Virus record (IMG/VR): IMGVR_UViG_3300020352_000015
Span: 1 to 34,213 of that record
From: a virus
Lineage: Duplodnaviria > Caudoviricetes
Strand: one strand, 5' to 3'
DNA: 34,213 nt
This document shows positions 1 through 7,359 of this stretch, piece after piece. Position numbers and translations under genes: made by a program. The notes below the pieces were generated by a model. It was not told where the DNA came from. It saw only the letters and a program-made list of their open reading frames with translations, and did no database searches. The number at the start of each line of letters is the position of its first letter. Within the stretch, counting starts at the first letter, position 1.

Positions 1-158
1 AAAACTCCTTTCTGCATACGCCCGAGCTAGTATCTTCAATCTCTCCGCACGGCCTTATTGACATTGCCGCTCTAGTTCAATTGAAACTAACATCTCTTTC
101 AAGATAGTGCTTTTAGCTGATCAACGCCTCTACACAGACGTATGCAGAAAAGAGTCTT
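1..158 (-). ncRNA. Putative structured non-coding RNA of unknown family
   Basis: Positions 1-24 and 135-158 form a 24-bp closing helix, fully paired on the minus strand with 4 G-U pairs (A-C mismatches on plus). Internal GAAA-tetraloop hairpin and two further hairpins. No long ORF; lies downstream of the promoter at 240-273 and tRNA-Trp. Confidence 0.6.
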
Positions 159-225
159 TTTTTAAATTTATCTACTACTACATGTAGATTTGTTCTATTT
201 TGGTAAATGAGCCGGTCTTCTTCTC

Positions 226-273
226 CGAATCACTCTAATATACTACAATATTAATGAGCAATTGTCAAGGGCC
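226..273 (-). promoter_or_regulatory. sigma70-like phage early promoter (copy 1) with TGATTCG site
   Basis: GGCCC-TTGACA(268-263)-17 nt-TAGTAT(245-240); TGATTCG at 232-226. Confidence 0.75.
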
Positions 274-278
274 TAAAT

Positions 279-352
279 TGGCATCGGTGTAGGGAGTCGA
301 ACCCCAGCTTTCAGTTTTGGAGACTGATGTGCTACCGTAACACTTCACCGAT
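279..352 (-). tRNA. trnW: tRNA-Trp (CCA)
   Basis: Cloverleaf: acceptor ATCGGTG/CACCGAT, anticodon arm TCAGT-CTCCAAA-ACTGA, T loop TTCGACT, G73 and encoded CCA. Confidence 0.95.
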
Positions 353-641
353 CTATTGCATATTCAACATTCTTTTTGAGATACCATTTCTCTATGACAG
401 GTAAACCAAACTCATCCTCGTCAACACATATGTAAGCTACTGTCTTCTTGACATTTGCATATCGATATCCAGAGTCATTTATCTGTCCACCACCTACCCA
501 AACCTTATGTGGGAAATCTTCATTGATATTGTTAACTGGATCATCATTCAGAGAATACTCAAAATAATTACCAACTTCCTTTTCAGTGAAGCAACCTATC
601 GGGGATTGGGTATATGTGTAGTATGGCATTCTATTATTCAA
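345..641 (-). CDS. Hypothetical phage protein
   Basis: 98-aa ORF overlapping the upstream gene end; stop codon overlaps the tRNA 5' end. Confidence 0.7.
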   Translation of the reverse strand: MNNRMPYYTYTQSPIGCFTEKEVGNYFEYSLNDDPVNNINEDFPHKVWVGGGQINDSGYRYANVKKTVAYICVDEDEFGLPVIEKWYLKKNVEYAIDR

Positions 642-858
642 CCTCTATGATGGAGTGACTAGTTTCACCACCAGTCAATTGATCTGCAAGTTCTTGAATC
701 ATATCTTCACTCACAGAAATGAATTTGTAAAGAGGATTTCCTCCAGCAGGACCATTCTCTTCTAACAGAACACAGTCACAACCATGTTCAGCAGCGAATT
801 GAACTACTTCTTCGTGTGTCACTTCATGAGAGACATCTAATTGAACACTATAAATCAT
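634..858 (-). CDS. Hypothetical acidic phage protein (GPAGGNP motif)
   Basis: 74-aa ORF immediately downstream of promoter copy 2. Confidence 0.75.
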   Translation of the reverse strand: MIYSVQLDVSHEVTHEEVVQFAAEHGCDCVLLEENGPAGGNPLYKFISVSEDMIQELADQLTGGETSHSIIEVE

Positions 859-861
859 TTT

Positions 862-923
862 CGAATCACTTTCTTTCTTGTTACTCCTTAATGTAACATA
901 TGTAGTAAGCTATGTCAAGGGCC
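862..923 (-). promoter_or_regulatory. sigma70-like early promoter (copy 2) with conserved leader
   Basis: GGCCC-TTGACA(918-913)-17 nt-TACATT(895-890), then GTAACAAGAAAGAAAGTGATTCG. Confidence 0.8.
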
Positions 924-1185
924 TACTTTTATAATATGTCTGGTAAAGATGTTCTAGCTTATGTTTCTCTGGATGTTTATGTATCCATGAGCCGGTAGAT
1001 GGATCGAAGTTTTTCTTGAAGAAATTGTCAAGCTTTCTATTTCCAGTGGAAACAGATGTATCTACCAGCAGACATTGTTGATCAAACTCTCCATCAGACA
1101 TGACTGAACCATCATGCACCTCATATGCATATGCGGCAACAGAGAGTTTTATTCTTCTTCTGATTTCCTCAGAATGTTCCATCAA
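910..1185 (-). CDS. Stand-alone NAD-dependent DNA ligase domain Ia-like protein
   Basis: AAYAYEVHDGSVMSDGEFD resembles the LigA Ia motif YYxxDxPxISDAEYD; no adenylation domain. Confidence 0.55.
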   Translation of the reverse strand: MMEHSEEIRRRIKLSVAAYAYEVHDGSVMSDGEFDQQCLLVDTSVSTGNRKLDNFFKKNFDPSTGSWIHKHPEKHKLEHLYQTYYKSRPLT

Positions 1186-1462
1186 ATTCCCAGTTGTGAA
1201 TTCGTTTCAATTTCTGTTCTACTGGCCATTCGGATAAGTAATCATTGTCACTATCAAACAGTGCCAATACTTGCTCCTCATTCATCGTTTGTGTATCGAT
1301 AATGAATTCACCAGTATCAAGTTGACTGAATTCTTCTACTTCTCGACAAGTCACAGAATCATTTATGAATGTCTTTGGATCGCAATCACCACATTCGGAC
1401 ACTGGAATTACATATCGTGTTCTATAAGTTTGGACAGCGGTACATACAACATAATCAGCCAT
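1169..1462 (-). CDS. Hypothetical phage protein
   Basis: 97-aa ORF, overlaps both neighbours in an operon-like manner. Confidence 0.75.
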   Translation of the reverse strand: MADYVVCTAVQTYRTRYVIPVSECGDCDPKTFINDSVTCREVEEFSQLDTGEFIIDTQTMNEEQVLALFDSDNDYLSEWPVEQKLKRIHNWEFDGTF

Positions 1463-1625
1463 GATACTCTACCACTTCTGGATGATTCCATGTAGACAAT
1501 GCATATTCTTCTGCATCTGTTCTATTATCAAATGTGAGAACTGGATCTCTATCACTCCATGTGAATCCGTTGCCCTTCACATAATCAGACTTTCCATCAA
1601 AGTCTATCATTATAGCATATTTCAA
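1455..1625 (-). CDS. Small hypothetical protein (not in ORF track)
   Basis: TTG start after GGAGAG RBS; 56 aa MKYAIMIDFDGKSDYVKG...EVVEYHG; fills the gap between neighbours. Confidence 0.6.
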   Translation of the reverse strand: MKYAIMIDFDGKSDYVKGNGFTWSDRDPVLTFDNRTDAEEYALSTWNHPEVVEYHG

Positions 1626-1626
1626 T

Positions 1627-1833
1627 TTACTCTCCTATATAATGCTCATCAAATGTACCGTAGATACGCAACTTCACATTCTTGATATGATTGCATGATA
1701 CTCTAGGGTTCTTTTTGCAAGTACAAGAAAATCCGCCATCTTCCATGGTGACGGTTCCTTTTGCGTATTGCCATTGCGTTCCTACCATCCAGTGGCCAGA
1801 TGTCTGTATAATATGAGTAGGAAAAACTGTCAT
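1627..1833 (-). CDS. SWIM-type zinc-finger protein
   Basis: FSCTC-x7-CNHI matches the SWIM CxC-xn-CxH pattern. Confidence 0.7.
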   Translation of the reverse strand: MTVFPTHIIQTSGHWMVGTQWQYAKGTVTMEDGGFSCTCKKNPRVSCNHIKNVKLRIYGTFDEHYIGE

Positions 1834-2045
1834 GGTTTAAAACTTTCTATCAGGTTCCATGCTTCCTGAGTGACTTCTTCTTTTTGTTTTGAGAAGAGTG
1901 CTACATGCTGGACTAGATCATATTCGGATAGAAACAACAATTGATTGACTCCAGTCCGAACAGCTTCTATCTGAGTCTGGGCATCAAGAAACTCTCCATA
2001 GTCATTGTAGTAACTGGAGATTAAAGATTCCATCCAATCGTTCAT
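1830..2045 (-). CDS. Hypothetical protein
   Basis: Start re-assigned to ATG 2045 (ATGA overlap with the upstream stop). Confidence 0.6.
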   Translation of the reverse strand: MNDWMESLISSYYNDYGEFLDAQTQIEAVRTGVNQLLFLSEYDLVQHVALFSKQKEEVTQEAWNLIESFKP

Positions 2046-2290
2046 TGTAAATAATCCTGCTGAAGTATTTCCAGTTTCTCTAAAGGACGCACCAACACAT
2101 CTTCCGTCACAATCATGCGGCGGCCAAGGTTGTTCCACACGCAGTCTTCGGTGTAAATTTTCATCGAACCATCATCATACATAACAGTGATAAGAGTCTC
2201 TCCATCTGCATCATCATGTATCGATACGATCTCACCAACTGCAGTATAGTTTACATAGCGGCGCAGAAAACCCATCCCAACTTCAAACAT
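2042..2290 (-). CDS. Hypothetical protein
   Basis: ORF downstream of promoter copy 3; GGAAGGA RBS before ATG 2290 (alternative start 2308). Confidence 0.7.
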   Translation of the reverse strand: MFEVGMGFLRRYVNYTAVGEIVSIHDDADGETLITVMYDDGSMKIYTEDCVWNNLGRRMIVTEDVLVRPLEKLEILQQDYLQ

Positions 2291-2310
2291 ATCATTATTT
2301 CCTTCCATTA

Positions 2311-2371
2311 CGAATCACTTTCTCTCTTGTTACACCCTAAAGTACCATAACCAGCTGCCAATGTCAAGGGC
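2311..2371 (-). promoter_or_regulatory. sigma70-like early promoter (copy 3) with conserved leader
   Basis: GCCC-TTGACA(2367-2362)-17 nt-TACTTT(2344-2339), then GTAACAAGAGAGAAAGTGATTCG. Confidence 0.8.
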
Positions 2372-2376
2372 AAATA

Positions 2377-2550
2377 TTAAAGATCTCCTTCATTGGCTTC
2401 TACGAAATTGGTGGCGATTGCGACTTCCAGTTCGAAAGTCTCTTGCGACATCTCTGACAAGTCTAAATGCGACATTTGATTGTCGAAGATACGTTCTGCA
2501 TAAGAACGTGAACAATTTAATAGATCTTGTATTTGATTGATGTAGTACAT
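2377..2550 (-). CDS. Hypothetical protein
   Basis: Start re-assigned to ATG 2550, directly after the leader of promoter copy 4. Confidence 0.65.
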   Translation of the reverse strand: MYYINQIQDLLNCSRSYAERIFDNQMSHLDLSEMSQETFELEVAIATNFVEANEGDL

Positions 2551-2553
2551 TTT

Positions 2554-2616
2554 CGAATCACTTTCTTTCTTGTTACTCTTATAATATACATTATAGAGCA
2601 ATAGATGTCAAGGGCC
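2554..2616 (-). promoter_or_regulatory. sigma70-like early promoter (copy 4) with conserved leader
   Basis: GGCCC-TTGACA(2611-2606)-17 nt-TATATT(2588-2583), then GTAACAAGAAAGAAAGTGATTCG. Confidence 0.8.
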
Positions 2617-2619
2617 GAA

Positions 2620-2627
2620 GATAAATA
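2620..2627 (+). promoter_or_regulatory. Possible T4-type late promoter (GATAAATA)
   Basis: One mismatch to TATAAATA, 23 nt upstream of the glutaredoxin start. Confidence 0.45.
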
Positions 2628-2650
2628 AAATGTATTGTTAGGAGAATATC

Positions 2651-2932
2651 ATGAACATCAAAAAAGTAAAAATGTACACACAACCTAATTGCAATTTTTG
2701 TCTATCAGCAGAAGCATTGTGTGACACTAGAAACATCCAGATCGAACAGAAAATTGATATCGCCGAGAGCGTAAGAAACAAATCTAATTTGTTGAATGAT
2801 TATGAGCAAGTCCATGGATCTGGTAAGAAGCCAAGAACTGTGCCGCAAATCTGGGCATCAGAGGGTGATAATTGGGAATATGTTGGTGGATATCAAGAGC
2901 TATTTGCTATTCTCGTTCCTGAGAGATTTTAA
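2651..2932 (+). CDS. Glutaredoxin
   Basis: CNFC active site, TVPQIW and YVGGY motifs; AGGAG RBS. Confidence 0.9.
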   Translation: MNIKKVKMYTQPNCNFCLSAEALCDTRNIQIEQKIDIAESVRNKSNLLNDYEQVHGSGKKPRTVPQIWASEGDNWEYVGGYQELFAILVPERF

Positions 2933-3037
2933 ATACTGGTACATTCGTACATGATACAAGAAACTATTTGGATAATTTTGTGGATTTGGTAGATTTGGAA
3001 ACATTTCTATCAATTCTCTAAGGTCATCATCACTCAA
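2900..3037 (-). CDS. Small hypothetical protein (not in ORF track)
   Basis: TTG start overlapping the upstream TGA; 45 aa ...EMFPNLPNPQNYPNSFLYHVRMYQYLK... Confidence 0.5.
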   Translation of the reverse strand: MSDDDLRELIEMFPNLPNPQNYPNSFLYHVRMYQYLKSLRNENSK

Positions 3038-3225
3038 GACATTTCACTTTCTTTTTTCACAATCCAGTCCTTTAGTTCTTCTATTTTTTGCACGTACATG
3101 TAGTATCCTGCAAGCCACTCATATTCACCACTCAACAACCACTGTTCCGCACATTGATCTACATTATTAGTGTAATTCTTGATAATGCCTTCATATTTTC
3201 TGCGAAACTTTAGTGGATCTGTCAT
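3034..3225 (-). CDS. Hypothetical protein
   Basis: 63-aa ORF, 1 nt from the upstream gene. Confidence 0.65.
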   Translation of the reverse strand: MTDPLKFRRKYEGIIKNYTNNVDQCAEQWLLSGEYEWLAGYYMYVQKIEELKDWIVKKESEMS

Positions 3226-3226
3226 A

Positions 3227-3580
3227 TTAGCGCCTCATGCTTGCAATGTCTTTTGCGTCTTCTTTCTTATCCGCAAAGATAGGAACCATATTAGATTTGT
3301 GCATTGTGGCAACACCTAATAATTGACGCTCACCACTATATATGTTCCTGTCCTTTTTAGAACCATTTCCACAAATCACATCGCTGGTTGGAATGACATT
3401 TCGGCTGTCTGATTTGTAGTTGGGTAAATCGTGTCGGTATTCAGTCTTAACACCACTGACACCCATGCGTTTTAGGAATTTTGCATGATCTGCCTCTGCT
3501 CTTTTCAGAGATTGTGATTTTGACTTTTTCTTTTTAGATTTTCCATGTACCTGTACACCTCTAATCATATGCATACTCAT
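3227..3580 (-). CDS. Basic hypothetical phage protein
   Basis: 117 aa, Lys-rich N-terminus, C-terminal GVATMHKSNMVPIF; GAGGAG RBS. Confidence 0.8.
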   Translation of the reverse strand: MSMHMIRGVQVHGKSKKKKSKSQSLKRAEADHAKFLKRMGVSGVKTEYRHDLPNYKSDSRNVIPTSDVICGNGSKKDRNIYSGERQLLGVATMHKSNMVPIFADKKEDAKDIASMRR

Positions 3581-3807
3581 ATTCGCTCCTCTGCATCATA
3601 AAAATTACTTCTTGACTTTATTTTACCACAATTATCACATGCTGTCAAGAGGTAAGGGATTCTCCATCCACTTTCACTGTAGACAGCACCTTCTATTTGT
3701 TGTATCTTTGGATTATTGCAACAACCACTAATACTAAAGGATTGCTGCGTATGCCCATTCGGGGTGGGTTGACTTGGCTCTTCCATTTGCGACTCCATCT
3801 GCTCCAA
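3577..3807 (-). CDS. Possible small Cys-rich protein (start uncertain)
   Basis: CC...CxxC; ATGA coupling to the downstream gene, but overlaps the upstream gene. Confidence 0.4.
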   Translation of the reverse strand: MEQMESQMEEPSQPTPNGHTQQSFSISGCCNNPKIQQIEGAVYSESGWRIPYLLTACDNCGKIKSRSNFYDAEERI

Positions 3808-4246
3808 AACTTGCTGCCCAACTCTCTGGTTTTAGTTTTGGTTCTATTCCTGTCATACCTAATACATAACCAGCTGCCTCTTGTGCAACACAATTGCTTC
3901 CATGTTTTGGATCTGTGTTGATATCAAGATGCACCTCAACCTCATATTCATCAATAAACGGTATCACCTGATGATACAGCTCACATACTTTTCTCACCTC
4001 ATTCAATAATCTCATTTTTGGTCGTGATTTCTTTATGTCAAAGTCTTTTTCGTATGAGATGTTAGAAAATATCTTACATCCTTTGTTTCCATTCATATGC
4101 ACAATCAAAACGGTAGCATATCTGGCCATACGAGTGCCTTTTTTGTCTATAAACCTGATGGAATCGCATCCAAGGTATACTTTTGTGTCTGTAGATAGTT
4201 TTGATAGTAAATCTACCAAGTTTTCTATGTCAAATTCTGTTAGCAT
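3734..4246 (-). CDS. RNase H-like YkuK (DUF458) family protein
   Basis: VYLGCDS, YATVLIVH, EVHLDIN and KPESWAASFGAD motifs; GGAG RBS before ATG 4246. Confidence 0.8.
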   Translation of the reverse strand: MLTEFDIENLVDLLSKLSTDTKVYLGCDSIRFIDKKGTRMARYATVLIVHMNGNKGCKIFSNISYEKDFDIKKSRPKMRLLNEVRKVCELYHQVIPFIDEYEVEVHLDINTDPKHGSNCVAQEAAGYVLGMTGIEPKLKPESWAASFGADGVANGRAKSTHPEWAYAAIL

Positions 4247-4247
4247 A

Positions 4248-4781
4248 TCATCTCCACTTAGGATTTGGGTAAAATTTGGTATCATCTCCATCATTATCGA
4301 ACAAATACCAGCAACTGTTGTCTTTTCCAGTGTGTTTACTGTCTTCTATCCACTTGACACGCCCAATTGATACTACCTTTCTACAGAGTGGTAGAAATGG
4401 CACTGCCTGTTTGGTATGAATCCAATCAGCATCAAACAAAAACCATGTTGGTTTCTGTCTAGAGAAATGTTCTATCATCGGATGGAGTAACCACCTAGAC
4501 CAAGGCGGATTTGTGATAATTATATCTGTCGCATCTGGTACTTGTACATCAAATGCGTCCATTTGGCCAACCCAATCACATTGTGGCTCAATATCTGTGT
4601 GGCCCATAGAAACACCAGACGATAATTTGTGCAAAAACTCCACGAGTCTACCGTCACCGGCACACGGTTCATAGAATTTGAATGGATTTTTTGGTAAAAA
4701 TGGAATGAGAGGCATAACAGCTGCCTCTGGGGTCGGGTAAAAATCATTTTTTCTGTGTTCGAATACGCTTCTTTTACCCAT
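4248..4781 (-). CDS. SAM-dependent DNA amino-methyltransferase (likely N6-adenine)
   Basis: DFYPTP, motif I EPCAGDG, motif IV IITNPPW. Confidence 0.8.
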   Translation of the reverse strand: MGKRSVFEHRKNDFYPTPEAAVMPLIPFLPKNPFKFYEPCAGDGRLVEFLHKLSSGVSMGHTDIEPQCDWVGQMDAFDVQVPDATDIIITNPPWSRWLLHPMIEHFSRQKPTWFLFDADWIHTKQAVPFLPLCRKVVSIGRVKWIEDSKHTGKDNSCWYLFDNDGDDTKFYPNPKWR

Positions 4782-4796
4782 AATGTTTTATCTATC

Positions 4797-5009
4797 TCAC
4801 TTTTTCTTTAATAACGATTTCAATTTGTCTTTATCAGACATTTTTGGCGGATTTTTCTCTTCATACCGCATTCTTTTTATTCTTTCCAATTCTTCTATTG
4901 GAACTGTTCTATTTCTTGGGTGATATTGAGGATATTCATAACAAAACCTCTTAATGGCTCTGCGAACTAACCATGTCTTATGCTCAATTCTGGTTATTCT
5001 CTCATCCAT
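4797..5009 (-). CDS. Basic hypothetical protein
   Basis: ATG 5009 directly after the upstream stop. Confidence 0.6.
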   Translation of the reverse strand: MDERITRIEHKTWLVRRAIKRFCYEYPQYHPRNRTVPIEELERIKRMRYEEKNPPKMSDKDKLKSLLKKK

Positions 5010-5010
5010 G

Positions 5011-5337
5011 TTAGCACTGTTTGCAACAATCATCGGTGCCACAATTAGAATGTTCTTCTATTGGCCCGTTATTTTCTCCATAATATCCATATTCATCAAA
5101 TTTTTTATCGAATTTAGTGAGATAATCTGACGATTTCAAATCATCATATGCAACATCGTTCCATTTTTTACTAAATCCAGTAGTAAGACGATGTATTTCG
5201 TCTTCCATGTCTTCAATTTTGAGCTGTAACTCTTTTATCTTTTCAATCATATTAGTTGGGGTTCCATAATGCACCCCATCTTCTTCATATGTTGGTTCTG
5301 ATACCGATCTAACTTGTAGTGCCATTGGTTTTTCCAT
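5011..5337 (-). CDS. Hypothetical protein (coiled coil, C-terminal HxxCGTxxCCxxC)
   Basis: 108-aa ORF. Confidence 0.65.
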   Translation of the reverse strand: MEKPMALQVRSVSEPTYEEDGVHYGTPTNMIEKIKELQLKIEDMEDEIHRLTTGFSKKWNDVAYDDLKSSDYLTKFDKKFDEYGYYGENNGPIEEHSNCGTDDCCKQC

Positions 5338-5572
5338 ATATAGAGTTTATCTGATTGTGAAATCTATCGTCTAGATATGCTTTACTCGCCGCCTCAAAGT
5401 TTTTATCTATCATTTCTAAGTTTATGAGTTCGATAAGATTTTCTGCAACCCTCTTTTTTTGAGGGCCGCAACTATTTATATAGATGAACAAATCCATGTC
5501 AGTGTTGCAACTCCAAATTTCATCCAGCACAAAATGATATTGTTTTGGAATATCTTTGATAGAAAATGACAT
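5309..5572 (-). CDS. Hypothetical protein
   Basis: GGAGAAGGAG RBS before ATG 5572. Confidence 0.65.
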   Translation of the reverse strand: MSFSIKDIPKQYHFVLDEIWSCNTDMDLFIYINSCGPQKKRVAENLIELINLEMIDKNFEAASKAYLDDRFHNQINSIYGKTNGTTS

Positions 5573-5599
5573 GTTTGCTCCTTCTCCAGACATGGTTAT

Positions 5600-6139
5600 T
5601 TATTTTCCCTTCATTCTGTAGAATATATGAGAACCAATTCTGGTAACTCTATCAAATGATGGGGCCCAATATGGAGTAGTATAATTCGCATGATAGTGGG
5701 TAGACCCCTCTGTTATGCCAACATATGCGCCGTGGACATAAAAATCTCTAGCATATTTTCTAGAACGCTCCCACGATGTGATGTCTTTTGGTGCATCAGA
5801 TTTGCCATCACAATACCAAGAGAATTGACATTTGTTTCTCTTCATAGAACCATCAGAATTCTTATGTCCTTGCCTCACTACTTCACACATTGTATTAGGA
5901 TACTTCGTACTCAAAACTCTATTTAAAACAACGTCTGAGACTGCCATAGCGTCTGCTAGAGACACGCCTCTGGTTTCGTAATAGATATTCAATGCGACAC
6001 ATTCTAGCTCTCTAGCGTTTTCGTGTGCGAACGGTTCAGACGCCTGAGAGTATGTTGCGCCCATGCTTGCTACAATACCGATATTCAATGCAAGAGCAAT
6101 TGCAATTTTAGTCTTCTTTTTTACGGACGCTATAACCAT
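5600..6139 (-). CDS. Cell wall hydrolase, SleB/Hydrolase_2 family
   Basis: N-terminal signal/TM segment; CVALNIYYETRG, VVLNRV, CQFSWYCDG, THYHA and IGSHIFY motifs. Confidence 0.9.
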   Translation of the reverse strand: MVIASVKKKTKIAIALALNIGIVASMGATYSQASEPFAHENARELECVALNIYYETRGVSLADAMAVSDVVLNRVLSTKYPNTMCEVVRQGHKNSDGSMKRNKCQFSWYCDGKSDAPKDITSWERSRKYARDFYVHGAYVGITEGSTHYHANYTTPYWAPSFDRVTRIGSHIFYRMKGK

Positions 6140-6377
6140 TTTGTGTACTCTCCCATAACAATGTATCGCCAATATCCCAACCCATTTGATTGAGAAGCTC
6201 AACAGGAAAGGGTAAAACTAATTCCTCTCCATCTTTTTCTACAGTGAGCGTAAATTTTGCCTTATCGTCTTCTTCACGCATACGCCGTTTCATGTATTCG
6301 TGATATCGTTCTTGTGGTTCATCTCCATTGACTGCCTCAAAGGAAGGATAACCTTTTTCATATACTGGTTCTTTCAT
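6108..6377 (-). CDS. AbrB/MazE/SpoVT-like DNA-binding protein
   Basis: C-terminal LVLPFPVELLNQMGWDIGDTLLW swapped-hairpin signature. Confidence 0.7.
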   Translation of the reverse strand: MKEPVYEKGYPSFEAVNGDEPQERYHEYMKRRMREEDDKAKFTLTVEKDGEELVLPFPVELLNQMGWDIGDTLLWESTQNGYSVRKKED

Positions 6378-6392
6378 TACTACCTCATTTTA

Positions 6393-6476
6393 TGGTGGGC
6401 CGGCATGGAATCGAACCATGCGTGAGTTTCCTCGGCGGAGTTACAGTCCGCTGCCACACCTTGTAGCATCCGACCC
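6393..6476 (-). tRNA. trnY: tRNA-Tyr (GUA)
   Basis: Acceptor GGGTCGG/CCGGCCC, anticodon arm GCGGA-CTGTAAC-TCCGC, long variable arm, T arm CATGG-TTCGATT-CCATG, ACCA end. Confidence 0.95.
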
Positions 6477-6482
6477 TTTTTA

Positions 6483-6650
6483 TTAGAATGAATCTAACAG
6501 ACTCGAAACTTGTTTCTCTAGGTCGGCGTTTTGCTGTTCTATTTCGTCAATTTCTCTTCTGAGATCATCAACTCGCATCTTTCGCTCTTCCATAACCTGT
6601 TTCAATTCAGTTAGAATTACTGATAATTTTTCTGTCAACTCCTGTGCCAT
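6483..6650 (-). CDS. Small coiled-coil protein (not in ORF track)
   Basis: 55 aa MAQELTEKLSVIL...VSSLLDSF, heptad-like pattern, downstream of the promoter at 6667-6695. Confidence 0.6.
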   Translation of the reverse strand: MAQELTEKLSVILTELKQVMEERKMRVDDLRREIDEIEQQNADLEKQVSSLLDSF

Positions 6651-6666
6651 TTCAATTTACTTTCTT

Positions 6667-6695
6667 AATATACACTAATGATTCTGTTTTGTCAA
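6667..6695 (-). promoter_or_regulatory. sigma70-like promoter with GANTC in spacer
   Basis: TTGACA(6695-6690)-17 nt-TATATT(6672-6667); GAATC within the spacer. Confidence 0.65.
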
Positions 6696-7357
6696 TAAGT
6701 TTCTATGACTTTATCGGCAATACCATGTTTAATTGCCTCTTCTGGTGTCATCCACATGTCAGATTCTGGTAAAAGATGTTTTCTAATGTAGTCTTTCTTT
6801 TTACCAGTGCATTTCTTATAGTGATCTATAAGTTTCTCAGATGAGATCTCGAACTGTTTGATTTTTGCATACAGTTCGTGTTCCTTGCCACCAGAGCCCC
6901 AGCTATACTGGTGTGACATAATACTTGTATTCTGTGTCAAATATCTGTGGCCCTTTTCGCCGCTCATCATCAACAACACGCCACATGATGCAATAGAGCC
7001 CATACCATATGTATATACTGGTATCTTAGACTGTTTGATTACATCAATTAAGTGAAATGCAGATGCAACTTCTCCGCCAGGCGAATTGATGTATAGATGT
7101 ATAATTGGTGGTGCCTTTGGAGCGGGCATCAGATTATACTCCATAATCATTTTGACTAGAGGCATACAGTTCTCTTGATTAAACTGCTTATCCATAAAAA
7201 TAATACCGTTCTCTTTTAGAACAGTGCCTGGTGGTTTCTCAAATGTCATATCGCGGGGCACAGGTTCCTGTGGGGGAACCTGTGTGATTGTGTCTGGAAT
7301 CAGTATAGTTTTTACTTCAACTTCTTCCTCTTTTACCTTTTTATTCTTTTTAGCCAT
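6692..7357 (-). CDS. clpP: ATP-dependent Clp protease proteolytic subunit
   Basis: YINSPGG, GSIASCG (Ser), MSHQ (His), SDMWMTPEEA (Asp), GIADKV. Confidence 0.92.
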   Translation of the reverse strand: MAKKNKKVKEEEVEVKTILIPDTITQVPPQEPVPRDMTFEKPPGTVLKENGIIFMDKQFNQENCMPLVKMIMEYNLMPAPKAPPIIHLYINSPGGEVASAFHLIDVIKQSKIPVYTYGMGSIASCGVLLMMSGEKGHRYLTQNTSIMSHQYSWGSGGKEHELYAKIKQFEISSEKLIDHYKKCTGKKKDYIRKHLLPESDMWMTPEEAIKHGIADKVIETY

Positions 7358-7359
7358 TA

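Noticed and set aside
110-140. Lysine riboswitch (AGAGGC) or pistol ribozyme (GCGUUGAUC) resemblance in the ncRNA
   Set aside because: Only short words match; the remaining conserved cores and helices of those families are not present
6108-6377. Toxin-antitoxin pair (MazE-like gene)
   Set aside because: The downstream gene is a SleB-type hydrolase, not a recognisable toxin
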